64,000 nt of DNA from Takakia lepidozioides (Eukaryota > Plantae > Bryophyta), in the NCBI GenBank assembly GCA_030704615.1, contig CM060731.1, forward strand, positions 13,144,001-13,208,000, in the 5' to 3' direction. How positions within the stretch are numbered: the stretch's first letter is position 1; the number at the start of each line of letters is the position of its first letter. The notes under the pieces are model-generated. The model was given only the letters and a program-made list of their open reading frames with translations, made no database searches and had not been told where the DNA came from. The translations under genes were made by a program, and so were the position numbers. Of the stretch, positions 12,760 through 26,099 are shown one piece after another.

Positions 12760-15700
12760 ATGGCGGTGGGTACTCTGGAGGTGGTGCTGTTACGAGCTCA
12801 GGGCATCAAGGGGGACGAGATTCTAGGTGATTGTTTACCATTCTGTTCAATCCCTGGTGGCACTACGTTGGGGGGGATGGGGAGGGGCTTGAATATGCCA
12901 GATTTTGAATGCGCTGGAATGGGAGTACCTTTGAGGTTGTAAGCTGTGATTGAAGAGCACTCAGTATGACAAGTAGACGAAGAATGTCTCCTCGTATCCA
13001 CGTAAAGCTGGTCCTGCTGGTCCTGTCTTTTGGTTTTGTGCAGGGCTAGGCAAAGCAGACCCATATGCCCTCATCTCGTGTGGCTCATGTACTCAAAGAA
13101 GCAGCACTGCCCAAGGTATTATCTGCCCAGGTTCCACCTTGCTTTGGATTAGCAGAGACCAGGGAATTAGCCGTTTTTTGTTCATCATGTTACAAGTAGC
13201 TGATACTCGAGGAGCACTGGAACTCAACGATCGCTACTGTGGTACAAGGACTTGTCGCCCAACACGATACTTTCTGGCTGGTGACTTATGAACCAAAATT
13301 CGCCCTTTTTTCTGTCGTAGCTAAGACGAGTGGGCCATGTTACTCTCTTTGGCAGTGTAGGTCCCCAGTCTTCCATCTGTTTCAACCAAGTTTCTCCCAG
13401 TTTGAACATGACACTGATGTTATCAATTATAAACTCTCTTGTATTTGTGCAGATCAAGGCTCAAAACCAATTTGGAACCAGACTTTCATATTCAACATTG
13501 AAGAGCAGGCATCTGAACTATGCATCAGACTGTACAATAAGAATAGGCTTCCTGACAGAAAAATAGGAACAGCTCGGTAAGTTAGTTGAGTCCTCCTTGT
13601 ATCTCCAGCTGCCACAAGATGAGGCCGGCTAGTGTATGGGGCGCCCTTTCTAAGCTATTGAGAATATGTAGGGCATTTCCTCACCAATATGGGTATACTA
13701 TTTGAGTATACTATGTAATTGATATACAATGTTTTTGTTTTTGAGAGTTAGCTTCATAAGTGTGGACCAATTTTGAAGGACAGAAGCCTAGCTGGCCAGA
13801 GCTTCAATAAGTCATGCCCCTCAAGTGCTAATGTGTAAACCTCTTCCGATTTCAAGCCATAAGACAGCCCCAGACTTACCTCCTCGGACGAAGGAGCCAG
13901 AATTTTTTTGATGTTGTATTTATCTTTGCATCATACTAAGAGGATAGACCACGATTTATATAGAAGTTTTCAGAGGAGAAATTTACTTGAGCAATCTTCC
14001 TCGCATAAATACACTTTCTTTAGCTGATAGAAATGTCATTCAATCTACCCTCATATACCCCACAGTAATGCACATGTATATTCACAGCTTGTGTTCGGAT
14101 CATCTTTTGGGTCCTTAATTAATACCCCCTAGAGGTTTCCATGAGAATAGGGGCAGACACAATTCTGATGAGGTGATCCCAAAATGCCATGCAGGGTGCC
14201 ATTAGAGGAAGTGTTCTCCGAGGGCAAGCAGGCAGCTACTCTGTATAATGTCATTCGCCCACTATCTAGAAGAGTTCAAGGACAAGTGGAGATAACACTA
14301 CTGTTCATACACAAGGTACCACCTGTCCTTTAATTCAATCCCTTTTCCTCAATAGCGTAAGCATGAACAACAGTACTGCTAGTCACCTTACCTTCACGAG
14401 GCACTCAATCTTCTAGAAGCTATTTGGTCTGGCTCTCCATCATGTCTTTCTATTGTTTTTGTTTGCTTTGTGTTCTTGTCTCAAGGCACCCCATTCCATT
14501 ATTCTTTGACAAAGTATCCTTCCAAAGCGTCTATTTATATTCCAAAGAGATTATGAGTGCTGGTCATGGACTATACCTGGTAAGTGCGGTGGGAGTAAAG
14601 GGCTCGCATGGTTGGGTAGGTGAGAGAGGGCAGCACTGTTTGACCCCAATGTTGCTGTGCACCTCTCCTTAGAACTCTCCTGCAACCTTGACCACACCAA
14701 TGACAGTCTTGTACATGGATAAAATGGCCCATATGATGTCCTGGGGGACCCCTATCCCGTTCGTAATCTGTCCAGAAGAAGGGCTCGAGGGACTGAATTG
14801 AAAGCCTTTCGAAAGTCTACGAAGCATGCATACACCATTTTCTTGTTGTAGGTTACTCGTTCTACCATAGTTTGAAGAGTGAAAATGTGGTCAAGAGTGG
14901 ATCGGTTGCGCTGGAAGCCTGCCTGTCCAGTAGAGTGAAGCTGAGAGGTTGAAGCCCAATCATCAAGTTCCATGGCCACAACTGCCCCAAACAGTTTAGT
15001 CAACGATGAAGAAACCATTATCGTGCAATAATTGGTTGGGTCGAGCTTGTCGCCATTCTGGAAGAGGGGGTGGATGATGCTGTTGGAAAGCCACTCTGCA
15101 CTGCAGATGTGCAATAAATGGGGCCAAAGTCGCTGTCGGGTGCTTCATAATTTCACTCTGTAGCCCCGACAGGTCCATCGCTTTGCCCTTTTGCAATTTC
15201 CTGACAACCTTCAAACACAGTGAAGGATAAGTGCAGAGGTCTGGAAGTTAGGGGAAGAGGAGACTGGTTTGGAGAGTGATACAGTGACAAATGTGGATGT
15301 CTATCGTGAGGTTTAAGAAGTGACCAAAAGGCAGCTTGATCTTTGCACTGAAGGTGGACTGGAGTTTGATAGAAATGAAATGAAAGTGAAGTAGTACTTT
15401 ATAAAGAAATAAAGAAACTTCATACCGGTGATGCTGGGCCTGGTCATCCATCTGACAGACGAAGTACAACAACAAGAAACCACTCCAAAAACACCAAATG
15501 ATGCAAGATAGAGAAACAAATATACTTCATAAATTATGTCATAGCAAACATGTCAAGGGCCCAGTATAAGTACTTTTTTTTGGCAAGACTCTATAGTAAT
15601 GGCTGTATAGCTGCAATGCCAGGACCTCTGTAATGTCTTTCAGATTACCACTCCATGATACTGATGACTTTTGTCTTATTTTGCAGTACAAAAGGGCATA

Positions 15701-16127
15701 CGGCCCCATTGACATGGTTAATTCAAGTGTCACAAACAAGGGAGTATGTCCAGAAGCACTTCCCTCCTTTATGGCAGTGGATCAAGACACTCATAGGGAC
15801 TGTGAAACCAGCCACTATGACTCAACTTCACAAATGGGCTATCCAACATCCACGCTGGGTCAGGTAGACGCTGTAATGGGGTATCCAGTTCTGACTGGAT
15901 ACGAACGGCAAAGTGTACCACTCCAGCCACCACCAGACCAGGGTCTTCAGTTTTCTCCACTTGAAAGAAGGAAGGTGGAGAAACCTGAAAAGCGAAAGAA
16001 GAAAAAGTGTGCCCATGATCCTCGCATGAGAGGATATGAGGTTGCTACTATCGTCCTTGATGTGGTTGGTAATGCTGCTGTGCAACTAGTGCAAGCTTTC
16101 ATTTTGGTTGCTGCATTATCAAATTAA
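12760..16127 (+). CDS. C2-domain protein (elicitor-responsive/PP16-like), 248 aa; join(12760..12826,13044..13115,13453..13576,15644..16127)
   Basis: MAVGTLEVVLLRAQGIKGDEILGLGKADPYALISCG..DQGSKPIWNQTFIFNI..ELCIRLYNKN..DRKIGTARLPL is a typical C2 domain; GT-AG introns keep frame (747 nt). Confidence 0.88.
14610..15245 (-). mobile_element. LINE reverse-transcriptase fragment in intron 3 of the C2 gene
   Basis: KGKAMDLSG, DPTNYCTI, QAGFQRNRSTLDHIFTL, FVDFRKAFNSV, GVKQCCPLSPT; frameshifted. Confidence 0.85.
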
Positions 16128-17217
16128 CCATTCCTTCAATTACAGGGAAGTGTACCAGCCTAACTAGGAGAGATATAGCATTCATGGAGTCTATAGGCAG
16201 TTTGTACTTTCAGGACAAAGCCTTGGTGTTATGACCAGATGGCCGGGTGTTATGACCATTCTTAGTGTTGTTTGAAGTCTAGTCTTCAAAAATGGGACAA
16301 CAGATGGCTTGAGGGACTCATGAACGGCGAGAAATCCAATGGAAAACACGGAAGCTGTATGTGACGACCTGGGGCTTCCAGGAATTTGAACCTTTCTATA
16401 GGGGACTGACAAGTACACTGTCAAGCTTGATAGCGTGCCTCAGGATGCCTTCCAAGATCCAGTCTAGACTTGCAGACAGAATAAAGCATGCACAGGAGCG
16501 ATGATGGTCTATTGTGGGTTCTGAGTGGATTAGGAGGATGATTCAATCACATAATAATTTGCCCAACTCAGGTTTCTAGAGATTACTTGTCACAGCTTTT
16601 ATTCCAAAGGAATTGTAGCCATTCAGTACTGAAGCAGCACTCTCCGTCAAAAAATGATCCAATGCATTTGCATTAAGATGCTGAGTCTATGAAGTGATGT
16701 CGCTGTACTTCCGAAAAGCCTCCCGATTTACGTTGATCAAGAGAATGAGGATGACAAGAGTTGTGATGGCTGCACAACAGAACTGCTTCCGAAATAAGTG
16801 CTTCGGTTGCCGGCTGGGATGCTTGACGACGATATTGGCACTGATTAATTTTTCCTTGCACAATTTTGATAGAAGGCAACCTCATTACATACACATTGAG
16901 AACCGATGTCCTCAACAGCATCACCATGTTCACTAATTCCCCGGGATTCTGACTTGATACCCATCGTCAGATGCTCAAACACTTGCTATGTGCGTGAGAA
17001 AGATCATATGCACAATTGCAGTGATTTCTAGTTTCTACACGAGGCACATAATACAGAGGATGTGTAAGACTCGTAAAAGCGTCATGGCCCCACATTCTTC
17101 CTCGTCTTTACAGTCATGTTTCAACGAGGAAGCCGGTTTCCGTCGGCCATTATCCTCATACGGGTGCTGTGATTCAAGTGGAAAACAGAGAAAGGGATTA
17201 AGAGAGTTCGATCAGTC

Positions 17218-19632
17218 ATGGCTATGGCGTCAATATCCACAGCCTACTGCATCTTCCCCTATCTTTGTCTTTCCCCCTTGCCAGTTTCTGAGAATGTTCG
17301 TAACCGTAGGCAATTCTCGAGTGCAGGTAGATTGACGGTGTTCGCCAGACAGTCAACCTCTTCAAATGTTTCAGAGTCAAGGAGCGCATTAGATTTCAAG
17401 GGAGGGATTGCTATAGCTAATGAGAATCTTAGTAGCTATGATGCCGCCTGCTCGAGGAGGGAGATGCTAGGATTTGGAGGCGTGCTCGCAATGGGATTGG
17501 CCATGGTTACGGTGGCGCCCCAGGCCAATGCAGCTGAAGCTTGTGCAGATCTGACAGTGTCACCGTCGGGTCTGGCATATTGTGACAGCGCTGTTGGTTC
17601 TGGAATTCAGGCTTCCAAAGGCTTGCTCATCAAGGTATATTTCCCTGTGATATCACTTTGTCCTCCCTCTGTCTCTTCTCCTATATATAGCTGAAAGGAT
17701 TTCAGGGGAGAGGGTTGAAGGATCAGAGAGCCGATTGCTTGTTTGCAAGGCTGTGTCAAGCAGTTTTTTGCAGGGAATATTACTGAATACGCACCTACTG
17801 TATTTCTCCAGCTAGCTAGCCATACTGGACTTCATCACCTCCATTTGCCATTCCATGTCACCAGCTGAAGTATAGTATAATTTAGGTGAGTGATGGTTTG
17901 CTGTGACGTGCAATGGGAGTTCTATATTGCGGTTGGTGGATTTGTATGATGTGGGATGGATGGGGCCAAGGGTGTGGTGTGTCTGTAAAGCATTGCACTC
18001 ATGAGTTCACCAGCTAACATGGTGAGGTAGGGACATTTAAGTACACCTTATGCCAGTGGTCTTGATGGCTGATCCAAAAGATTTATTTCTGCCAGCCTGC
18101 AAGCATTACTTTGTTGTGAAGTGGTGTGTATGGATGGAACAAGCAGGCGCACTACACAGGGAAGCTAGAGAACGGGCAAGTATTTGACAGCAGCTATAAG
18201 CGTGCAAAACCTCTGACTTTTCGCATTGGTGTTGGAGAGGTACGGCACTCATCCCTCCCATTTTCCTCCCTGATATGGCAAGCTGTGTCGAATGAATACA
18301 AGTTTCTATGCCTTCTCCCTTTGGCAAGTTTCTCTCTACAATGATGGAAATGCCACCACTCATTAAATGAACACTGAGACACCTACAAACTGTTGTTGTG
18401 AGGGATCTCAATTGGTATATGAGGCAGAGTGTGATATGCCTCCCTTACCAGGTCCATTAGGAGGAGTAGGATCCCAGGGGACCTATATACTCAAGTGGAT
18501 GCCATAGCTACATTCACAGGGGATATACAATGAGTCCATCTTTAGTTACCTCTCAACTTCTTATACATAGCTGTTTAGATATCGAGGAATGAAGTAATTG
18601 GTTTGTTGTCGAATCGGTGTATGAGCAGGATGTATGTGTGCATTCAAATGTGTGTGAAGCTGACAGAGAGATAACAGTGTGGTAATGGTAGGGCAGGTGA
18701 TCAAGGGATGGGATCAGGGCATTCTGGGTGTTGACGGCATACCCCCAATGCTGGCAGGTTCGTTTGGCTTCACTTGGCCCTTTTTGCAATCAATGTCATT
18801 TCTGCTGTTGTTTAAATGTCCATGCGCACAAATGCAGAGGGAAAGAGGGATGCTGCAGATGCACATCTATTGACCAGTTCTTATGGGGGTTGGCTGGACA
18901 CACTCTTAAAGGCATTGTACCTGCATGATACTACTACTGCTGAAGCGACTCGAAGGCACCAGGATATGTAATTGAGCCCGACATTACTGAAGCAGTTCCT
19001 CACACACCTATCTGATTAAATGGGATGGAGGGCTACGGGAACATATATCCTATGGATATGATGCTTGCTGTATCTGCTGCGGCTTTGTGGGTCAGGAGGA
19101 TGTCAGTTGTAAACAGATGTTCGATTTGGCATGCAGGTGGAAAGCGAACATTGATAATCCCTCCACAACTTGGCTATGGTGAAAGGGGAACTGGTTGTCG
19201 AGGAGGTACAAATGGCTGTCATCTTAGAACCCTGTAAATGGGTCACAGAAGTGTCTGCTCTACCTTTGAGTAAATTTGGGTTGAGAACAATGTTGCCCAC
19301 CAAGATTCACTCTCGTTGTTGATGCCAAGATATGCAGCCTCTTTCTTCTGCTAAACTGTGGCTGGGGAAGCACGTAGCCTTTGTGATTGATATGCCTCCA
19401 GTAGGATGCCATATTCTCTGTCACACTGTAGGCAGCAACCCAAGTCCCATCTGATGCAAGCTGCCCCATCTAATCCAGCCATGAACTGCATAGTTCCCTT
19501 CAAATCTCTTCCTTCTCTTCCTTTCTGAAAGTTCTTTTCTAAACCGTGAGAAGTTGCTGGATTGCAGGGTTGTGTGTCATACCCCCGAATTCAACACTCA
19601 TCTTTGATATTGAGTTTGTGGGCAAAGCTTAA
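17218..19632 (+). CDS. FKBP13: Thylakoid-lumen FKBP-type peptidyl-prolyl isomerase, 234 aa; join(17218..17634,18147..18239,18697..18757,19137..19205,19568..19632)
   Basis: Transit peptide plus twin-Arg signal (SRREMLG..ANA); ACADLTVSPSGLAYCD, AHYTGKLENGQVFDSSY, VIKGWDQGILG, GCRGGLCVIPPNSTLIFDIEFVGKA with both Cys pairs typical of FKBP13; 705 nt in frame. Confidence 0.95.
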
Positions 19633-21520
19633 GAGCCTTGTTTCTCTGAAACTGGCAGCGAGACATATACATGGACTCACTGGTAAAGGTGTCTCTGGGA
19701 ATTTGCTTTATATTTGTTTTTTCACGGGGGGGATTCCAGGGAGGCAGTGAAGTTGGCAAAGCTCTAACTGATGAGGGATGTGAAAGTTGGAGTTGGTTTA
19801 TTTTGCCACTAATGTGTGACACAGATGTCATATACTGGGCACTTCCTGAGTAGCTCAGTGGGCTGAAAACTGATTGCACGACTGTTTGAACTCACCTCTG
19901 TAATGCTTTGCTTTTCCCGAGATGCCATAGGCTTGCCATCACTTGTTCAAGAGGAAATAAATCTGCCTGCTTGAACCACAATCCCAGGATGGAGTTGTTT
20001 TGGCTTTGTTATTGCCAACTACATCCCACTGGGAAGATGAGCTTTGACTCTTACTTGTGTCAGATGCAAAAGTGACAGTGAGTAGCAAGAGGGGATATTG
20101 GATTGCAAGATTGCCACCACAAGTAAGCAGTGTGTAGGATATGGTATAATTGTAGGTCTTCCACCACAACCAAGTGGTGTAAGTATTTTACTCGTGAAAT
20201 AGCATTGTACCACCAAAAACCTCCCATGCTGGTCACGGTTGACTGGAATTCCTTAATTTCATTTTGCGGTTAGGGCAGGGTGAAGGCAGACTTGGGGTGG
20301 TGTTGCTTGCCTGAAAGCTGGTTGATTCTTCAACAAGCTTCTACCTGCAGAGACAGATTTTATCGCCAAGATATAAGAATGAATGTTTCATGCTTTTCAT
20401 GACAGCTTTTTTCACTCAGAATTTCACTGTGGTGACTCTTAACGAGGTGTTTGCAGGTTCAGGTGTCTCTTAGTTGGAAAGATTGTGTGGCTCACGTTCT
20501 TTGCATAGGCTCAGGAAGGACACACCCATACATTGGTATGGAGGCTAAGATGACAGCCATAGCCTGACATGTAAGGTTTTGGCAGAATTGCAGTACTGCA
20601 ATGTGATGGCGGGTAATTTTCCTGGAGATGAGAGAGCACAACTAGATAAGATTATGATTCAATTGCAAGCTAGACTGTTGCATCCATCACAGCTAGTTGA
20701 AATTAGACAAAATTTACATCCAATCTCTGGACCCAGTTTTGTCTCAATTTGTGATGAAAGTCTTGAATCAGCATAGCTCAACATTTCGCACTCTTGCTGT
20801 ATTATCCTACCTTCCGACTTTAACTATTATTAAACAGTATCTTCATTATAGATGGGAAGGGAGGTCGGTAGATGTGCCGCAGTGTAGGTGCCATTTGGCA
20901 GGTATGGACCCAGGATGTTGATCAAAGGTGATGATAGCAGTATGTTATGCTCCTACCAAAAGTGCATTACTGGCATGCAGATTTGCAAAACTTGGAGCTC
21001 TGTGTCTGCATGTCACTCAAACACATGACCAAGGGATTGTGATCTGTTTGCCATCTGCCAAGTCTGAGTAGCAAATAAATATAAACACAACAGAGCAGGA
21101 GGTTAAGTCATGCTACCTTCCAAAACACAGAGGCCTACTAAGATATAAGCAAGCTGACTTGTGTTAGATTGCGACCCAGCTGGATGATGCATTTGCTGCC
21201 ACTAAGCTGCGTTTTCACAATTGTAGCTTAGGACAGCTCAGGGGGACTGACCCTGTGTTATAACATTTTCTCCTTTCTCCTAGCTCTCTCTCTCTACCTC
21301 TTGCGCAAACACACACTAAGGACCTGTCATGGAGAATTGTGCTGTCTCTACAGCGTCATGTTCTGCTACCATGAGCTAAACCACCAGATAAAGATCATGC
21401 ATAGAGTGTATGTGCTCAAGCCAAATAAGAGCTAATGTCTTAAGTGATGGTGGTTTGGGTTTGTCTTCTGATATTGTTAACACACTTCTAATCGCAGTAT
21501 TATTATTATGAGCAGGAAGC

Positions 21521-21948
21521 AAATCCTGCCTTGATGTGCCAACCAGTGTGACAGGGACAGATGACACAAACTGGTAAGCAATGTGTATCATACTTAAAAG
21601 GGGGTAAGCTTTCATTTCCTACAAAAGAGGACAAACAGAGACTGAGAGATGAGCTACAAGGGGTCTTACAGAAGGAGAATATTATAAGATTAGCTTGAGC
21701 AACACAGAGCACCTCATTAGCCGTGTGGTGGGTCATTACCTGGCGATCGAGTACCTGGATACTGCAAGCATGTTGGCAAAATGCAACCTCAAATCCTGCC
21801 TTGATGTGCCAAACAGTGTTACAGGGACAGATGACACAAACTGGTAAGCAATGTGTATCATACTTAATTTCCTACAAAAGAAGACACAGCGACTGAGAGA
21901 TGAGCTACAAGGGTTCTTGCAGAAAGTAGAATATTATAAGGTTAGTTG
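21521..21948. repeat. Direct duplication of ~160-175 bp, 270-bp offset
   Basis: AAATCCTGCCTTGATGTGCCAA..ACAGGGACAGATGACACAAACTGGTAAGCAATG at 21521 and 21791. Confidence 0.85.
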
Positions 21949-22162
21949 ATGTCTGCGGTGATGAGAAATCTTCCTCTTCTTCTCAGTTAGTGGTGTGCAA
22001 TATGTCACGAGTGCATGATAGCTGGTTGTATCTGGCAAAAAGATTAAATGTCACAGGTGGTTAAATTGTTTTTGTACTATTTGAACACTGTCGTCCTTAA
22101 TTGTAAACAGACAGCTGATATAAACCAGATTGGGATGGCAGGGAGATTTGGGAAGAGGTTTC

Positions 22163-22210
22163 TCAAACCTGTTGTCCCACCATTTCAAAATGGTGGGACA
22201 ACAGGTTTGA
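22163..22210. repeat. Perfect 48-bp hairpin (23-bp arms, 2-nt loop)
   Basis: TCAAACCTGTTGTCCCACCATTT-CA-AAATGGTGGGACAACAGGTTTGA. Confidence 0.9.
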
Positions 22211-22499
22211 TCAGGTGAGGGCATCTTTCGGTTAGCAAGTAAAGGCACACTTTTAATTGAAGCTGGAATGACGTTGGCAGACTGGATTGTGTTGCCCGTC
22301 CTCAAGTTACTGATAATTGTGCTTTTCCTTGTGAAAAGCAGCAAAGGAGTGTTGACTGTTGTCAGTAGGAGGTTGAATAGGTCGTTCAAAACTGTTCCTA
22401 TTCAAGGCTGCCATGTGGTCTGTGTGAGACTGGAGCTATAGCTGCTCAGCTGTGGTTTTTGAAGAGAAGACAGGGATTGAGATTTGGTCAAACCCTGCT

Positions 22500-22710
22500 T
22501 GGCTGAAAGCACAAGCTGGCGCTTTGACGACACTATGTAAGGCACGACAACACGAACAGGCATTGCACATGTTGTGAACAACCAAGTCATTTTGGCAGAC
22601 TCCAATACTTATGTCTGTCTCTTGCGGGAGTGCATCCAAACTGAGAACCTTGAAATGGGAAAGCAGGTGCATGCATGCATTATCCAAAGTGGAAATGACA
22701 CTAACATCTA
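22500..22710 (+). pseudogene. PLS-class pentatricopeptide repeat gene fragment
   Basis: LTTLCKARQHEQALHML, frameshift, then ADSNTYVCLLRECIQTENLEMGKQVHACIIQSG (L-type PPR motif), then a stop. Confidence 0.7.
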
Positions 22711-23657
22711 AAGACATTCTCTGAGGCTTGCCATCGAGCGCATGCGCATTGAGGAGTCGTCAAAGGGTGAGCTAGTTAGCTTTGACACATGTCTCATGAT
22801 TCCCACCCTATAGGCAGGAAGTCATATTGGCTTCGTCTTTCCAAGATTTCCTTGGTTTTACAAAATGGGTGTGAGGAAGGGGTAGCTGTAGAGCCTGGCA
22901 ACAGGGAGTGGTTTCTTGGGCACTGTGAGTACACGGTGGGGTGCCATTTGTTTTTGGTGGTGCACCAAAGGCCCGGTGGCGAGCACTCTCGTATGCCTCA
23001 ACCCCTCCTCTCTCTCTCTCCTCATATGTCTGCAGCTGCAATCTGCCAATCTGGGTAATGTGTCACATCTGTACTCATGGCTAGAGCAGCAGTGCCCTTT
23101 CTTTTGTAATTCTTTGTCTGGATCCCTGACGAGGATACAAAGTTTCTTAAGTTTCTCTCTCTGGATGAATGGAAGGACTTGTTGATAAGGACGACTCAAA
23201 GGTTGGAGTGATTCAAATGATCTTTTTCCTATTCCCCCTTCATGAAGAGTAATTGGCTTACAGAACAGTTTTACTCTTCATTGGGACGAAGGCAGCAAAA
23301 CCTTAGTTCCGGTATCAGCAGGCTGTTTAAAAGTGGTCATTCAATGTGTAGTGTTGTTTGAAAACTGGTGGACGCTTTCTTCAGGCAAATGAGGGCCTTT
23401 GAGTTGAAGGTGGTTTAATCCTCCTGATAAGAGGTCGAACCCCTTTTTCTTAACAAAACCGACGCTACGTCGAATCGGACGTCTACATTAAGTTCTTACA
23501 TTGTTCCTATTTCAATTGCCTTCAAGTCCTATTTCAAGTGTTCCTATTCGATCAAAAGGAACATTGTTATCAGAAGCAGTCACTAGCGCGCAGCAACGCA
23601 TAGTTGAATGACGATACACTATTTATCTATCTTATTTTCATGAAAGTTATTGTGGTA

Positions 23658-23730
23658 GCCGACCTAGCTCAGTTGGTAGAGCGCGTGGCTTTTAACCACG
23701 TGGTCGAGGGTTCGAATCCCTCGGTCGGCG
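23658..23730 (+). tRNA. tRNA-Lys (anticodon UUU)
   Basis: 73-nt cloverleaf: acceptor GCCGACC/GGTCGGC, D arm GCTCAGTTGGTAGAGC, anticodon arm CGTGG-CTTTTAA-CCACG, T arm GAGGG-TTCGAAT-CCCTC. Confidence 0.97.
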
Positions 23731-26099
23731 TCCTTGGAGATGATTACCTTCATTTATGTAAGGGTTCGAGAGAGAATATCTTTTGCATTTGTTTGCTGTG
23801 TGTGAGTGACATCATGGGCTGCTTCCGACAACTCGGATTCACCACGTGTCGCCGAGCAGGGCCTTGCGGTGGTCTCCCAATTGCGCGTTGAGGGCGAGAA
23901 TGCTTTCTCTCACAGAAAGTTTAAGGGGGCTGGGACATTGTATCAGTTTTGTGGATTGTTGTCCCAGAAGTTCCTTGAATATACTGGCTATTTGTGTATT
24001 GCAAATGACAATATATGGCTACATGTATTTTTGGGCATTATCTAGACATGGCGAAACAACAAAATGTCATTTATGAATGAAAAGGCATTTGTTGTAAGTA
24101 TGCAAGCAATAGACAAAGTGGTGCAACGGGGAAAAAATACGTCCAAAAATGGCGACGAATGCTGGAGGATGAGCTTGCGTGGAGAAGCAGCTTGACGTGA
24201 TGAACAGCTGCAGATGGGAAGAAATGGTGAGGGCGGTGGCTCATGAGTGATGACTTGGGTTATCCAGAGGGCAGGGCTCTTAAAGGATAAGCTGTCAGGG
24301 AACAACTTGGCATGTGTGCAGCTGCCATACAGAGGGAGGCGGTGCCGCGATGGACGTTATGTTTATCACTTGGCAATGGCAATTAACTGAAAGATGAGCA
24401 AACGGGGGAAATTGGGGGCTTGAAGTGGAAGTACAACGACCAGTTAAGAGGAGGCAGTGATGGACTGGCGTGATAAATGGTGACTTAGATCATCTGTGGA
24501 ATATTGTTGGGGTATGAATGTACAGAGCAGAAAGCGGAGGGGCTTTTATATGCTGGGATTTCTTTGATGTAGCAAGATGTTTTCTTAGGGCAAGGTAGCA
24601 GAGCTGGTGGAAGGCAGAAAGGGTAGTTAGCGAACAGACAGGGAAGCTGCCAGCAATTAAGACAGTGCGCCAAGGATTGATGGACTCTTTAAAACCTAGA
24701 TTCTTTGGGGGATGAAGTTCCAAGGCGGCGAAGCGATCTGCTGAGTGGACTCTGTTTTTAGAAAGTATTCACCAAATGCATCCCACTACTTGGTGCATGC
24801 TGGTGCTGTACCAGACCCTAACTCTTGATAGATAGAGCCCTCATTCCCAATCCATGATACTATCCAGCAACTCCCTCTTGTCTCTACCCTAAAGCAAGTT
24901 CTCTGCAGATCTGATTGCCATTAAAACCTCAATGCAAAATTGATCCCAGACTCACAATGCTGGAACTAGAATATGAAAAGCAAGATCAAGACAATACACT
25001 CTGTGACTGAGGGATTGGAGAATTTCCCCTCAGTCAGCATACCAATCTACACTTCCATCACCTCCCTTTCTCTCTACATCTCCCTGGTTTGAAGTTCAGA
25101 CAGTCTCTCCATTCCATTTTTCAAAAATGTATCATCTCCCTCATGCTAACTTGAGAGCATCAACCAGAAATTTCAACAACATCTATCCTAAGTAAGAAGA
25201 AGGAGAAAACCCTTGAACTTAACTGCTTTATACTTCCAGTGAAGCGGTGGCCTTGCCTGCCCCGACTGGTACCTGACCCCTCCTGCCAGCAGACACCATA
25301 ACTCCGGCTGTCTCTTGTTTGCTACGATATTATCTGGTTGTTCCTGCTTTACATATAATTGCAGTAGGGATTCTCTTGTTTGATGTTGGGTTATCAGACT
25401 GAGAGAGTATAGGGCACTGGAAACTTGTCAATGGGTGCCTGAGTGCAAGCTAAGGTCTTAATTTGTTTGTGAGGTGCACACTTAGATAAGAAGGGGTAAC
25501 TACTGACTAACAAGCTGATTGCTGCTGCAAATAGTCAAGATAAGGAGGGACTCTGTTTTGGTGAGGAGAGAGGACTAAGGAAGGATGTGGTGTATGCTTG
25601 TGATTTCAAGGATGATTTCTGCAAAGGGCCCCACTGGATATCATGTCTCAATTGCACCTACATTACCTGTAGAAAGGGTGCATAGATAAACAAGGGCCAG
25701 GGGATCTGTTTGTTAGAGAAGAGTGAGAGAAAATCTAGAAAATGGGAGAGCTGCACAGAAAAAGGAAGAACGAAGGGATAACCAGTTGTAAGCTGAGAGA
25801 TAAAAATGGAGAAGCTTCCCAGTCCCATCCATGTTTTCTCTTCCGTTGCGGCATGGATGAGGGCATCTGGTCTCTGGTCATGAATAGTAAAGGGTCAATG
25901 ATTGAGGATAGTGATTTAGGGTAGCAAACTTGTCTTCACTAGGGCGTAGTGGGCTGGGGCAGCAAGCTTCTTTACACTACAAACCAGATTTAGATTTTTA
26001 CGAAAGGGATTCATGCCCTTCTTTTTTCACACTACAAATGTTTCATTTGTGTAAAACTTATGTTATTACATCTTGAAAAATATAGTATTTAGGTGGCAT

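Noticed and set aside
23731-23900. Dicistronic tRNA-snoRNA
   Set aside because: Only a weak C-box-like ATGATTA, with no D box or terminal stem.
24100-25950. Coding remnant between the tRNA and the hAT-like relic
   Set aside because: The frames I inspected are broken and show no identifiable motif.
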